Shown here: in pieces, positions 8,763 through 18,109 of the stretch
Numbering within the stretch: the stretch's first letter is position 1
Layout of the letters: each line of letters opens with the position of its first letter
From: Candidatus Eiseniibacteriota bacterium
Lineage (GTDB): Bacteria; Eisenbacteria; RBG-16-71-46; JABDJR01
Direction of reading: 5' to 3'
DNA length: 64,000 nt
NCBI GenBank assembly: GCA_963762255.1
Contig: CAVXKA010000001.1
Coordinates: 1,248,001 to 1,312,000 of the forward strand
Notes under the pieces: generated by a model
The model's input: only the letters and a program-made list of their open reading frames with translations
What the model was told of the DNA's origin: nothing
The model's database searches: none
Position numbers and translations under genes: made by a program

Positions 8763-9587
8763 ATGCATTATCAATTGATATCGGTCGTAGTCTGGCTGAC
8801 GGTCGCCGCGGCCGGAGCCTTTGATTTCAGCGGCTACACCGTCATTTCCCCGGAACTGAAAGGTGTTCGGCGCACCAACCGGGAGAGCTACCTGCTCAAC
8901 AAGCGGGACCCGCTGTTCTACGCCGTGTCGGGCTACCGCCTTTCTGACGGCCTGGCTTGCCTACCCGCGACGCTCGGTACACTCGAACCCGAGGTGGCGG
9001 TGCGCATGTACGGCACCAACGATGCCTGGTCCGGCGACACAATGTATTTTGCGGCGCTGTACGCGCAGTACCTGGACACGCTGCTGGACCGGGGCGTGGT
9101 TCCGGTAATCAGAACCATCCCGCCGTTCCGGTGGTACGGCGGTGACACCCTGGACTTTGATTCAGGCACCGTGATCTTCAACCGCCTTATCCGGCGGGTG
9201 GCAACACGTAATAGCGTGGTGCTGGTTGATGTCTGGCAGGCCTTTATGGATTACACCAACGGCCGGCCGTTCACCGACACTTGGTACGATGACCGTTACA
9301 TCCATCCGTCAGAATGCGGCGCAGCCGGGCTGACCGACACGACGGCACCGGCCTGCGGCCTGGGCATCCGCAACGCGGTGACCTGGCAGGCGGTCAACAA
9401 GGTCTATCGGATCATCATTGAGAACGGCATGCCGGACGCGGGGCGGTCTGACGGGATGGTGGCGGCAACCATACGGCGGCCACGCATCGGTGTTATCTGG
9501 ACCAGTCAAGTTCTATCCACGGGACTCTGCGTGGTGCGGGTGGAGGGGGCTGGCAGCACTTTTGTCAAGAAAGGGTTCTGCCCATGA
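8763..9587 (+). CDS. SGNH/GDSL hydrolase-like secreted protein lacking block I (possible pseudogene)
   Basis: Signal-like N-terminus, MYGTND (block III) and DDRYIHPS (block V), but no GDS nucleophile motif. Confidence 0.6.
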   Translation: MHYQLISVVVWLTVAAAGAFDFSGYTVISPELKGVRRTNRESYLLNKRDPLFYAVSGYRLSDGLACLPATLGTLEPEVAVRMYGTNDAWSGDTMYFAALYAQYLDTLLDRGVVPVIRTIPPFRWYGGDTLDFDSGTVIFNRLIRRVATRNSVVLVDVWQAFMDYTNGRPFTDTWYDDRYIHPSECGAAGLTDTTAPACGLGIRNAVTWQAVNKVYRIIIENGMPDAGRSDGMVAATIRRPRIGVIWTSQVLSTGLCVVRVEGAGSTFVKKGFCP

Positions 9588-10255
9588 CCGGCACTGCGGT
9601 TGACCCGAAGATCGCCTACCACCTGCGGGAACTGGCCATTGCGCTTGACCCCTTTTCACCGCACCACATCCTGCCTCCCATTACCGGCAGCGAGCAGCAG
9701 GTGCTCGACGTGGGGTGCGGTATCGGGCAGACATTCGCAGCCATGCCGGCCCTGCATGGGCGGCAGCTGGTCGGGCTGGATATAGTCCGGCCGTGTCTGG
9801 CGTACGGGAAAAAGCAGCACGAATATGTTGCGTTCCTGCAGGGGGGGGCGGTGAGCCTGCCGTTCCGGGAGAGCAGCTTCGACCTGGTCATTGCGCGGGT
9901 GAGTCTGCCGTATACCAATACGCCGCGGGCCCTGGCCGAGATCGGGCGGGTGCTCCGGCCTGACGGTAAACTCTGGTGCACACTGCACCCTGGGTCGAAA
10001 GTGCTGAAAGACTGGCTGCGCTCGCTCGTCACGCTCAAAATAAGAGACATAGTTTTTCGCGCATATGTGCTGCTGAACGGTGCGGTATTCGCCCTGACCG
10101 GGCGGCAGTTCCCGTTCCCGGTAAATGGGCGATACGAGTCGTTCCAGACGGTGCGCGGCATGCGCGCGGCCCTGGGCCGGGCGGGGTTCAAGGAGATACA
10201 CATTGAACGCGGCGCGCATTTTGTCTGCACGGCGCGGAAGATGAGCGGCGGGTAA
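9584..10255 (+). CDS. Class I SAM-dependent methyltransferase
   Basis: VLDVGCGIGQ, LPFRESSFDLV, EIGRVLRPDG. Confidence 0.9.
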   Translation: MTGTAVDPKIAYHLRELAIALDPFSPHHILPPITGSEQQVLDVGCGIGQTFAAMPALHGRQLVGLDIVRPCLAYGKKQHEYVAFLQGGAVSLPFRESSFDLVIARVSLPYTNTPRALAEIGRVLRPDGKLWCTLHPGSKVLKDWLRSLVTLKIRDIVFRAYVLLNGAVFALTGRQFPFPVNGRYESFQTVRGMRAALGRAGFKEIHIERGAHFVCTARKMSGG

Positions 10256-10658
10256 GGCCAAGGAATTGATAACGTCTAGGAATTAATGATTTTCAGTAGT
10301 GAAGGATAGAGACAACTTGTTTTTTTTACTGAGCAAGGCCGAAGTGGCGGAGCCGACTCCCTGTCGGCGTCCGACCGAGTTAGGCGCCGAAACAAGGCCC
10401 TCTTTTTGTCCGCCGCATCCTGCGGCGGCCCCGTTATCTCGTTGCCAAGTTCCGCTTGACAACGCACGGTTGGTGCGGGCTCGCTCGCTCCTTCGCCCTC
10501 TGGCTGCGTAGTGCGTCACTTTGGCGCCTGTCCCGGGCGAAAGCGAGGGAGGCCCCGCAAGAAAAGTGGCTACCATCGTTGCCGTGGCCGATGCCACCGA
10601 GGCCGGGCTTACGAATATCAGCGTCGGGATACTGGTAATCAAATACCTGGCAACAAGT

Positions 10659-10690
10659 GCGGCACCTTTTGCTCGTCCAAAAGGTGCCGC
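10659..10690. repeat. Perfect 13-bp inverted repeat in a structured non-coding region
   Basis: GCGGCACCTTTTG-ctcgtc-CAAAAGGTGCCGC. Confidence 0.7.
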
Positions 10691-10989
10691 CAAAAGGACT
10701 CCCCCCGCGCATCCACCTCGGGAACTGGCCCGCCGGGGGCCTATTGTTCGTGAACGGGCTTCATCGCGGGTGTAGCTGTGAACACGAAGAACGGCCGGCC
10801 CCCTGTGGGCCAGTTCTTTTTCTTCGTGGATGCGAAGGGGGTGGGATAAGAAAGACAGTTCCTCAGGATACAGTCAACCAGGTATAGCCTTAGAGGCATT
10901 AACTGTTCACGATACGAAGGAATGTGACGTCGCGTATCGTTGCCGCGGCCGCGTTCACCCGATGTCCGCGAAAGCCTGGGTGATCGTCT

Positions 10990-11280
10990 GCGCGTGCGGC
11001 GGTTCGGGAGTGTCACCGGCCCGTTCCGCCCGCCGCTCCTGGACGAACTGGAGCGCAGTGGTTACCGATTCACCGACCGCAAGGACGGCTTGGACGTCGT
11101 GCTGACCGGCGATCCGCTTCTTGGCGCGGAGCGATACGGCGACACCCTTTGCTGCTTCTTGAACCACGGCACAGGGATCAAGAGCATCCTCTATCGCCAT
11201 CTCGCGAAGAACATGGATACCCGCTACGAGATCTTCGTGGAGGGGCAGTACCGAGTGGACCGCATCCGCGAGTCGGGTGC
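10990..11280 (+). pseudogene. Internal fragment of the TagF-like gene (copy 2)
   Basis: RVRRFGSVTGPFRPPLLDELERSGYRFTDRKDG...RIRESGA aligns to ~13092-13382 of the intact gene and includes the segment deleted from copy 1. Confidence 0.88.
11189..11277 (+). repeat. 89-bp direct repeat, right copy (partner 4869-4957)
   Basis: 88/89 identical to 4869-4957. Confidence 0.9.
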
Positions 11281-11312
11281 CATGGAGGCGCACCCGTCCG
11301 CGCTGTCAGACC

Positions 11313-12656
11313 TCAGAGGCGCACGGAGTCACTGGACAGCTCCTCCATCGCGCCGTCATTCACGCGGTACACCTTCACATCCGTCCGCGAGTCGTCGCCG
11401 GCCTCCTGCGGGGTGATCACCACGAAGTTCCTGGTGGTGGCGTTCGGGTTGTGGTCAATCCAGGTGCCCGAGTTGGCGTAGATGGTCTTCAGCCCGGAGT
11501 GGTTCTCGCCGGCGATGATCCTAGCCGCGTGGGTATGGCCGAAAACCACGAGCCGAACTGCGGACTCCGGGTTTGCGAAGTACTGGAGGTCCGCCTGAAC
11601 ATCCGTGCCGGCGGCGGATGCGGCGTCGAGCAAGGCCTGCATCGTGGGAATGTGGACGGCGACGTGATTGATGGACTGCCGCTCGTCCCAGTTGTCCAGG
11701 GAGCCCCTGAACAGGTTCATGTCGATGAGTCCGCCGGGGGTCTCCTGGAAGGGTAAGAGGTCGTTGATGGCGTAGGTCTCGGTGAACCCGTCGATGTCGG
11801 TCAGGATGATCTCGTCATCGAAGGAGTTCTCGACGGGGAGAGTCGCTAGCAGGCTCTTCCAGATGTTCCAGTAGACATAGGCCAGCTCCTGGCTCGGTCC
11901 TCCTTCGACATTCGGAGTCACCTCGGCAATGGTATCGCCTGGCGTCCCACAGTGCTGCACCACGTGGAGGGTCGCGATGCGCGTGAAGAAATATCCCGGA
12001 GGCATGATGGAGCCAGGGGCGACATCGGCGTGGGAGAGTGGATCCGGGGCACAGAAGTAGTTGTAGCGGTGGCCATGTTCGATGGCGATCTCCGGGTGGT
12101 CCAGGGGGCTGTAGGTTCCAAGCCCCAGCACGTCGTCCCTGGCCTGGTGGATGCCGGGCAGAATGCTGTCGACGTTCTCGGCCGTGATGGTCAGATCATG
12201 GTTGCCGGGCACGTACGTGACCTGGATCTCCCCATCGGCGATGATCCGATTGACGGCGTCGATCACCTCGGGGTTGGCGACTGCGATCCGTCTGACGAAA
12301 TCGGCTTGATCCTGCCCTGCGTAGGTGTTGGTGGTGGCCGGGACGAACCACTCGTCCAGCATGTCGCCGGCGATCACCAGCTCGCGGACGCTGGCGGACT
12401 CCCCGATTTCGTCGAGGAAGTCCACAAGCGCGCCCTGGTTCTCCTTGCACTCGGCGTACGCGAGATCGGCGCCCAGATGGATGTCGCTGATGACGACGAT
12501 CTGCGTCCTGTCGCCGCCGTGGTTCAACGGCCCGAACGGGCTCTCTCCGTCGCCGCATGAGCTCAGCACGACCAGGCCCGCCAGCAGCGGCATGCAAGAC
12601 AGCAGCGAGGCCCACGGCCATCGGGCGCGGGCGTTCCAGCTACGTGTCGGTTTCAC
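11313..12656 (-). CDS. Calcineurin-like metallophosphoesterase lipoprotein
   Basis: Lipobox LVVLSS-C; motifs SDIHLG, AGDMLD, PGNHD, EHGH, FGHTH, YANSGTW. Confidence 0.88.
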   Translation of the reverse strand: MKPTRSWNARARWPWASLLSCMPLLAGLVVLSSCGDGESPFGPLNHGGDRTQIVVISDIHLGADLAYAECKENQGALVDFLDEIGESASVRELVIAGDMLDEWFVPATTNTYAGQDQADFVRRIAVANPEVIDAVNRIIADGEIQVTYVPGNHDLTITAENVDSILPGIHQARDDVLGLGTYSPLDHPEIAIEHGHRYNYFCAPDPLSHADVAPGSIMPPGYFFTRIATLHVVQHCGTPGDTIAEVTPNVEGGPSQELAYVYWNIWKSLLATLPVENSFDDEIILTDIDGFTETYAINDLLPFQETPGGLIDMNLFRGSLDNWDERQSINHVAVHIPTMQALLDAASAAGTDVQADLQYFANPESAVRLVVFGHTHAARIIAGENHSGLKTIYANSGTWIDHNPNATTRNFVVITPQEAGDDSRTDVKVYRVNDGAMEELSSDSVRL

Positions 12657-12873
12657 TTAAATCTCACCTTTCATCTATCGCGACTCGCGAAGCATCTCGG
12701 CAGGGTTGGCGGCGTTGGAGTGGCAGATCCCCGGCCCGAAGCGAGCAACAACTAACTATCCTGCGCGACGCCGTCGACTACCACGCCACATCACTGGAGG
12801 TATCGACGGGAGCCTCGACGTGCTTTAGCCTCGCCGAAGACCCCTGCGTGAATCGAAGATGTGGGTTCCCGCC

Positions 12874-12930
12874 CGTCTCCTCGAACCCATCGGGGACATT
12901 CCCCCGGTCGAGTACGAAGAGGCATACTAG
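12874..12930 (+). mobile_element. IS3-family transposase C-terminal remnant
   Basis: Translates RLLEPIGDIPPVEYEEAY*, matching the typical IS3 OrfB end (RLLEPIGNIPPAExExxYY). No full element present. Confidence 0.7.
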
Positions 12931-12969
12931 CGGGGTCAGCGGGCGTCAGGATCCTCCCTCGGAGTCCAA

Positions 12970-14118
12970 GTGACCAGGACCAAGCTCCTCATCAAGATCG
13001 GCTTTCTCTACCACAAGGCGGCGTTCGATCCGCTCATCGAACTCTTTCTGGCCGATGACCGCTACGATGTCTACTTCGCGCTCGATGAGGAGCGCGTGCG
13101 CCGCTTCGGTCTCTTCACTCGCCCGTTCCGCCCGCCGCTTCTGGACGATCTGGAGCGCAGCGGCTATCGCTTCACCGACCGCAAGGACGGTTTCGACGTC
13201 GTGCTCACCGGCGATCCGCTCATCGGTCCGGAGCGCTACGGGGACACCCTGCGCTGCTTTCTCAACCACGGCACCGGGATCAAGAGCATCCTCTATCGCC
13301 ATCTCGCTAAGAACATGGACACCCGCTACGAGATCTTCGTGGAGGGGCAGTACCGAGTGGACCACATCCGCGAGTCGGGCGCGCTGGGGAAGAGCGAGAT
13401 CCATCTCGTGGGGCTCCCCAAGCTCGACTACCTCTTTCAGGGGCGCATTCCGGATCGCGCCACGCTCTTGAATCGCTGGGGCCTCGATCCGGCCAGGCGC
13501 ACCGTGCTCTTCGCGCCCACGTACAAGCCCACGTGCATGTATGACGTGAAGGATGCGCTCTTCGAGGCCACCCGCGATCGCAACCTCATCATCAAGCTCC
13601 ACCACTACAGTTGGATGGGCCGCTACGCGCCGCACCGACAGCATCGCATCTTCGAGACGCGCGTGAAGCGCTTCCCGCACGCCGTGCTCCTGCCGATGGA
13701 GGAGTACAACATCGTCCCCTACATGGCGGCGGCGGACACGCTCCTGAGCGAGGCGTCGAGCACGGTGTTCGACTTCCTCGCGCTCGGCAAGACCGGGATC
13801 GTCTACGACCTTCCCGGCGATCGCCTCACCCACAGCGACGGCCGCCCGATCCTCGAGGAGGACAACCGCGAGTTCTTGAAGGACGCGTTCGTGCACGTCG
13901 CCGCGCCGGGCGATCTGGCGGCCGGCATTGCGAGAGCCCTCGATCCCACTCCCGAGATGCGCGCCGCCGCCGATCGCGAGCGCGCCTACCGCTTCTTCGG
14001 CCTGGACGGGCACGCGAGCGAGCGGGTGAAGGCAAAGATCGAGGAGCTGCTCAGCGCGCGATCCCGAACCGCCGCCGCAGCCGCGCCGGAATCTCCACCG
14101 CCTCCCGAGCGCGCGTGA
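12970..14118 (+). CDS. CDP-glycerol glycerophosphotransferase (TagB/TagF) family protein, intact copy
   Basis: NHGTGIK, VGLPKLD, VLFAPTY, IIKLHH, ADTLLSEASS..FDF, DGHASER motifs. RBS GGAG before GTG. Confidence 0.85.
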   Translation: MTRTKLLIKIGFLYHKAAFDPLIELFLADDRYDVYFALDEERVRRFGLFTRPFRPPLLDDLERSGYRFTDRKDGFDVVLTGDPLIGPERYGDTLRCFLNHGTGIKSILYRHLAKNMDTRYEIFVEGQYRVDHIRESGALGKSEIHLVGLPKLDYLFQGRIPDRATLLNRWGLDPARRTVLFAPTYKPTCMYDVKDALFEATRDRNLIIKLHHYSWMGRYAPHRQHRIFETRVKRFPHAVLLPMEEYNIVPYMAAADTLLSEASSTVFDFLALGKTGIVYDLPGDRLTHSDGRPILEEDNREFLKDAFVHVAAPGDLAAGIARALDPTPEMRAAADRERAYRFFGLDGHASERVKAKIEELLSARSRTAAAAAPESPPPPERA

Positions 14119-15487
14119 TCGCCACGTAGACCAGCCGCACGTCCTCGCGGACCACCGTCTCCAGGCCGTGACCGCCGCGACGAAACGGCGAGAAATCGTC
14201 GGCGATCGCCACCCGTGCCCACTCGCGCCCCTTGGCCTTGTGAACGGTGGTGAGTACGAGGTCGGCGCCGCTCTCGCCGTCGGCCAGCGCACGCAGACAA
14301 CGCCGGAGCGCCTCGACGCCGTGCTTCTCCACGAGCTTCACGGTGCCGCGTAGTTCAGCGCCTTCCTCGGAATCTGCGGCTCGCACCACCTCGCTCCAGC
14401 GGCGGTAACCGAAGAACGCGGGGCGGCTCGATCGGCGCCCCTCTTGCAGCCGGTCGACGTCGTCGAGAAGGCGCAGGAGATCCTCTCCGCCGCCGCCGAT
14501 GGCCACGCGCCGACCGCCGGCGAGAGCCTCCATGGTTCGCGTGAGCACGGTGGCGTTCGTGCGGCAGAGGACGGCGTCCGGAGTCTCGCAGTGGAGCACG
14601 CTCGCGTACGCTTCGTTGCCGCGGATCCGCTTCCGTTCTCCCAGGACGCGCAGCACGCGGGAGGCCGCGTCGGCGATGGCCGGGCCGAATCGAAACGACT
14701 GCGTAAGGTCGGCATGGTGCTTCGTCTTCATCCGGTCCATCGCGTTCACCGCCCCGCGCCATTCGTAGATCTGCTGGTAGCGATCGCCGACCAATACGAC
14801 CTGTGCAGGTTGCCGCGCAAGCAACCCCACCACGACGCCGTTCGAATCCTGCGCTTCGTCGAGCAGGATGAACTCGGCGGGGATCATCGGATTCGACAGC
14901 GCCCAGAGCTTGAGGTATCCGTCGTGGCCGAGGGGCACGGGCTCGCGCGGGTCGGTCATCCGTTCCCAGAGACGCTCGGCCAACGCGGCCACCCTCGATG
15001 CGTACCCGCGAAAGCGCCACCAGGGGATAGCGGCGGTGCTCCCCCAATGCGGGACATGCTCCCGCGCCGGCCGCACCGAGTCGCTCTGACAGAATTTCTG
15101 GACGGTGCCCTTCACCACCGCGGCGACCATGCGCGGCGTGAGGTAGCAATCGCGTGACGGGCGCATCGGTTCGAGCGCGAGCAGCTCCATGATCCGATTG
15201 GGATTGAGCTCGCCGAAGAGCTTCTCCTGGCCGCCGGGGAAGCGCGCGCGCACGCAGCGCAGCGCGTAGCCGTGCAGCGTGTGGGGGACGACATGCGCGG
15301 GAAACTTGCGTCCGGCCTCCACGGCGATCGAGCGGTTGAACGCGAAGTAGGCGCCTCGGCGCGTGGTCGCCGCCGCGATGAGAAGGAGCGTGGATGTCTT
15401 GCCCGCTCCCGCGAACGCGTTGATGCGCAGGCTCTCCCCGGTGAGGAAGAGTTCGACAGCGCGTTCCTGTTCCGGTGTCGGATGCAT
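14051..15487 (-). CDS. UvrD/Rep-like superfamily 1 DNA helicase (short form)
   Basis: AFAGAGKT, LLDEAQD, VGDRYQQIY, TQSFRFG, TVHKAKGREW, YVAITRA. Convergent 68-bp overlap with the neighbouring gene. Confidence 0.9.
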   Translation of the reverse strand: MHPTPEQERAVELFLTGESLRINAFAGAGKTSTLLLIAAATTRRGAYFAFNRSIAVEAGRKFPAHVVPHTLHGYALRCVRARFPGGQEKLFGELNPNRIMELLALEPMRPSRDCYLTPRMVAAVVKGTVQKFCQSDSVRPAREHVPHWGSTAAIPWWRFRGYASRVAALAERLWERMTDPREPVPLGHDGYLKLWALSNPMIPAEFILLDEAQDSNGVVVGLLARQPAQVVLVGDRYQQIYEWRGAVNAMDRMKTKHHADLTQSFRFGPAIADAASRVLRVLGERKRIRGNEAYASVLHCETPDAVLCRTNATVLTRTMEALAGGRRVAIGGGGEDLLRLLDDVDRLQEGRRSSRPAFFGYRRWSEVVRAADSEEGAELRGTVKLVEKHGVEALRRCLRALADGESGADLVLTTVHKAKGREWARVAIADDFSPFRRGGHGLETVVREDVRLVYVAITRAREAVEIPARLRRRFGIAR

Positions 15488-15610
15488 GGAACCCGTCCCG
15501 ATGATACGGACGGGAGGTTTGGTTCAAGATAAAGAGTTTAGGACGACCGGAGGGGGGCCGTGAAGACCGCCCCTCGCGGACGCATCGAGGGTCTTCGGGG
15601 CAGGGCTCCG

Positions 15611-17905
15611 TCACGCCTCGGAGACGCGGATGTCGCGCCTGATGAAGCTCCGGAGCGCGGCAAGGACGATCGGCACTACCCCGAACACGATGAACACCAG
15701 GTCGCCCGCCATCCGGATCCACTCCATCGTGTGGAACGCTCCGGTCATGGTGAATTCCGGTCGTCGGGCGTGCCAGTAGCCGTTGGTGAGCACGTCCCAG
15801 AGCTGCACCACGCCGGCGGGAAAGAGGTCGAGCAGGACCATCAGCCCCAGACCGACGTTCAGGCCCCAGAACCCCACCCGGACGTACTTCTCGGTGGTAC
15901 GCCACAACACGTCGCTCTGCATCGCGCGCAGGCAGAACACAAGTACGCCGAGGCCGAGCATCCCGAACACCCCGAACATGGCCGCATGCCCGTGGTTGGC
16001 GGTGAGCGCGGTGCCGATCTCGAAGTAGGAGACGATGGGCGTGTTGATGAGGAAGCCGAAGACGCCCGCGCCGACGAAGTTCCATACTCCCACCGCGATC
16101 AGGAAGTAGATGGCCCACTTCTGCCGCGAGGCCGGATTGTCCCCGCCGGCGACTCGTGTCCGCTCGCGCAACCTCATGAACCCCGAAGCGTCCAGCGTGA
16201 GCAGGGTGAGCGGGACCACCTCGAGCGCGGAGAAGCACGAGGCCAGCCCCATGTTCAGCGTCCCCTGACCGGTGAAGTACCAGTGATGGCCGGTGCCGAT
16301 GATGCCTCCGCTCAGGAAGAGGATGGCGTCGAGATAGACGAGGCGTGTCGCCGAGCGCGTCGTGACCAGCCCGAGGTGGCGGAACATGATGGCCACCAGC
16401 ACCGTGGCGAAGAGCTCGAAGAACCCCTCCACCCAGAGGTGGATGATCCAGAAGCGCCAGTTGTCGATCACCGCGAAGTTCGTGCGCGGGCCATAGAAGA
16501 GTGCCGGGAGGTAGAAAAGGGGAATCGCCACCGCGGCGTAGAGGAAGAGCGCGGACAGATCGGATCGCCCCTCCGCCCGGATGGCGGGCCGCAGGGCCCG
16601 GAACATCAGGAACAGCCAGAAGGCGAGACCGGCTGCGAGGAGGAATTGCCAGGCGCGGCCCAGGTCCAGGTATTCGGATCCCTGGTGGCCCAGCCAGAAC
16701 CAGGCTCTTCCGAGCAGGTTGTTGATGCCGAGGTACTCGCCGCCGAGGCTTCCAACGACCACGACCACCAGTGCCCAGAAGAGCGCATCCACGCCGCGTT
16801 TCTGCCCGCGGGGCTCGGCGCCCCCCACCCACGGCGCGAGGAAGAGCCCGCCGGCGACCCATGCGGTGGCGATCCAGAAGATTGCGAGCTGGAGGTGCCA
16901 GGTTCGCAGGAGCGTGTATGGGATGAGGCGGATGACGAAGTCCAGGCCGTAGAACCCGAACGGCTCCACCCGGTAGTGGGCGAGCGCGCCTCCCGCCACC
17001 GCCTGCAGGCCGAACAGGAGCGCCACCACCGCGAAGTACTTGGCCGTCGCTCCTTGACTCGGCGTCAACGACCAAGTGTGCGAGGCGGCCGTGGGTGGCG
17101 GGAGATCCTCGTCGCTCCCCTCCCATCCGAGGAAGTGGAACTTGCCGAAGATGAGCAGGATGAGTCCGAGCCCAACGAGAAGGGTGACCAGGCTGAGCGC
17201 GCTCCACACGTAGGCCTGCGTCGAGGGGCGATTGCCGGCCTGCGGGTCATAGGGCCAGTTGTTGGTGTAGGTGTAGTCCTTGCCCGGCCGGTTCGTCACC
17301 GTGGCCCATGTGGCCCAGGCGAAGTAATCGTTGAGGAGCTTGAGATCGGCGGGATCCTTCACGTACGCGCCGGGAAGGCCTGGGGCCGCGTCGTCACGGG
17401 TGAAGTAGTCCGCCCAGTAGCTCGCGAGCGTACGCCATGCGTCGGCTTGGCCGCTCGTGAAGATCAGCGTGCCGGCAGCGTGGTCAAAGCGGTTCGTCTT
17501 GAGTTCGGTCCTTGTCAATTCTTCGACCGCCGCGCGCTTGTCCTCGCTCAGCGACTCGAAAAGCGCGCCGTAGCGCTCCCGCGCCTGCGCGTCATGCACG
17601 ATCGCGACCTCGCGGTGGAGATACTCCGCGGTGTAATCCGGACCCAGGTAGGCGCCGTGGCCCCAGAGCGTGCCGTGCTCCATGAGGCTGTGCTTCAGGA
17701 AAACCTCCTGGCCATTCCGGATGTCGTTTCCAGTGAAGAGGAGGTTCCCCGCCTCGTCGCGCACCTGTTCCGGGATCGGCGGGGCATTGGTGTAGGTGAG
17801 GGCGGTGACGATGCCGAGGACGGCGAAGCCAAAAATCATCACCAGGATGACGGTGTGTCTCCACCAGGGGGAAAGTGGGTGCGAACCGGAGATCGAGGAG
17901 TTCAT
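15611..17905 (-). CDS. norB: Quinol-dependent nitric oxide reductase (qNor)
   Basis: WGHGAYLGPDYTA, YTNNWP, RTWHLQ, IIHLWVEGFFE, GTGHH, NHGHAAMFGV heme-copper-oxidase superfamily motifs; 764 aa. Confidence 0.95.
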   Translation of the reverse strand: MNSSISGSHPLSPWWRHTVILVMIFGFAVLGIVTALTYTNAPPIPEQVRDEAGNLLFTGNDIRNGQEVFLKHSLMEHGTLWGHGAYLGPDYTAEYLHREVAIVHDAQARERYGALFESLSEDKRAAVEELTRTELKTNRFDHAAGTLIFTSGQADAWRTLASYWADYFTRDDAAPGLPGAYVKDPADLKLLNDYFAWATWATVTNRPGKDYTYTNNWPYDPQAGNRPSTQAYVWSALSLVTLLVGLGLILLIFGKFHFLGWEGSDEDLPPPTAASHTWSLTPSQGATAKYFAVVALLFGLQAVAGGALAHYRVEPFGFYGLDFVIRLIPYTLLRTWHLQLAIFWIATAWVAGGLFLAPWVGGAEPRGQKRGVDALFWALVVVVVGSLGGEYLGINNLLGRAWFWLGHQGSEYLDLGRAWQFLLAAGLAFWLFLMFRALRPAIRAEGRSDLSALFLYAAVAIPLFYLPALFYGPRTNFAVIDNWRFWIIHLWVEGFFELFATVLVAIMFRHLGLVTTRSATRLVYLDAILFLSGGIIGTGHHWYFTGQGTLNMGLASCFSALEVVPLTLLTLDASGFMRLRERTRVAGGDNPASRQKWAIYFLIAVGVWNFVGAGVFGFLINTPIVSYFEIGTALTANHGHAAMFGVFGMLGLGVLVFCLRAMQSDVLWRTTEKYVRVGFWGLNVGLGLMVLLDLFPAGVVQLWDVLTNGYWHARRPEFTMTGAFHTMEWIRMAGDLVFIVFGVVPIVLAALRSFIRRDIRVSEA

Positions 17906-18016
17906 GCCGGTGTCCTCCGGGATGGGTGGATCGGGCCGGAAGACCGAGTCTAAGACGGTTGGGGATGCCGCGGAAAGCGCTCAGGCCCGCGCTGCTCGCA
18001 CTCGAGAATCCGGCCC

Positions 18017-18059
18017 TTGCTTCGCCTGTCTCCGCCCCATATACTACTCATGTGTTTGG
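18017..18059 (+). promoter_or_regulatory. Sigma70-like promoter with candidate SOS/LexA box 1
   Basis: TTGCTT(18017)-17 nt-TATACT(18040). CTACTCATGTGTTTGG at 18044-18059 overlaps the -10. Confidence 0.65.
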
Positions 18060-18109
18060 TACTCAATGAACCGGCAGACGGGCCGGAGGGCGGCCGGGAG
18101 GACGCGGAC

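Noticed and set aside
10455-10560. attC site or c-di-GMP riboswitch
   Set aside because: The GCTCGCTCGCTCC run recalls attC-like palindromes, but the RYYYAAC/GTTRRRY ends and riboswitch consensus could not be matched.
4724-14118. Diversity-generating retroelement (template/variable repeats) explaining the TagF-like copies
   Set aside because: No reverse transcriptase in the window, and the differences are mostly synonymous rather than adenine-specific.
14355-17953. Very long ORFs 14355-17207 (-, 950 aa) and 15560-17953 (+, 797 aa)
   Set aside because: Alternate-frame or antisense shadows of qNor and the helicase in high-GC DNA; Arg/Pro/Gly-rich with no motifs. The same applies to other long shadows (22662-24800, 30036-32084, 33097-35202, 45438-47090).
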